A stretch of 63,290 nucleotides of DNA, counting the filler, from Octopus bimaculoides (Eukaryota): assembly GCF_001194135.2 (NCBI RefSeq). It is 7 parts of 7 records of this genome, joined end to end, with 100 filler letters (N's around TTAATTAATTAA, not from the genome) between each part and the next. Parts side by side here need not be neighbours in the genome. Positions count along the whole stretch, not along the records: positions 62,216 to 63,290 come from NC_068991.1; 6 more parts are not named here. One strand, given 5' to 3'. Both the position numbers and the translations under genes were made by a program. This document shows, in pieces, positions 62,945 to 63,290 of the stretch. The notes below the pieces were generated by a model. That model searched no databases, had not been told where the DNA came from, and saw only the letters and a program-made list of their open reading frames with translations. The first letter of the stretch is position 1, and every line of letters starts with the position of its first letter.

Positions 62945-63090
62945 GTCACGCTGAATATCCCCCGAGAACTACGTTAAGGGTACACGTGTCTGTGGAGTGC
63001 TCAGCCACTTGCACGTTAATTTCACGTGCAGGCTGTTCCGTTGATCGGATCAACTGGAACTCTCGACGTCGTAAGCGACGGAGTGCCAAC
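62945..63090 (+). mobile_element. 3' part of another SINE-like repeat
   Basis: gagaactacgttaagggtacacgtgtctgtggagtgctcagccac...ggatcaactggaactctcgacgtcgtaagcgacggagtgcc; recalled as a recurring octopod repeat and ending in an (AAC)-like tail. Confidence 0.5.
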
Positions 63091-63290
63091 AAAAACAAAA
63101 TGCTAAACGTGCTTTCATTTGAACGAGAGCAAAGTCACGCTGTATTTACAGATAAATACTTATGAACGCATACATTTAGGCAACACTGCCGTCTAAAAAT
63201 TATACACAGGTGCGTAAAGCAAAATGTTTTGACATATTCTCAGAGACTGGTTTGAATTTTCCGGTTGCACAAAGGATTTAAACAAATCAT

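Overview
AT-rich, gap-ridden eukaryotic genomic DNA dominated by microsatellites and transposable elements. The SINE and LINE families, microsatellite density and scaffold style suggest a cephalopod, probably Octopus; this is an inference, not a database result. I recognise no host gene with confidence, and there is no rRNA, CRISPR array or prokaryotic operon. Decodable retroelement content: RTE LINEs (one about 2.8 kb, several fragments, many dispersed 3'UTR copies), an L1/Tx1-clade LINE with ORF1 and ORF2, at least four Penelope-like (PLE) fragments and at least three tRNA-derived SINE families. Decodable DNA-transposon content: a mariner split by a solo LTR, a Merlin deletion derivative with an 8-bp TSD plus a nearby Merlin catalytic fragment, maT and Chapaev3-like relics, Helitron/Helentron-like pieces and several long palindromes. 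The most interesting signals are three hammerhead-ribozyme-like motifs (two fold as minimal type I ribozymes with palindromic stem III), a 5'-inverted RTE insertion resembling twin priming, and long hairpins. A few splice-bounded candidate exons and CTCF-like motifs are reported at low confidence. I found no firm evidence of a wholly new system. Coordinates were counted by hand and most element boundaries are approximate.
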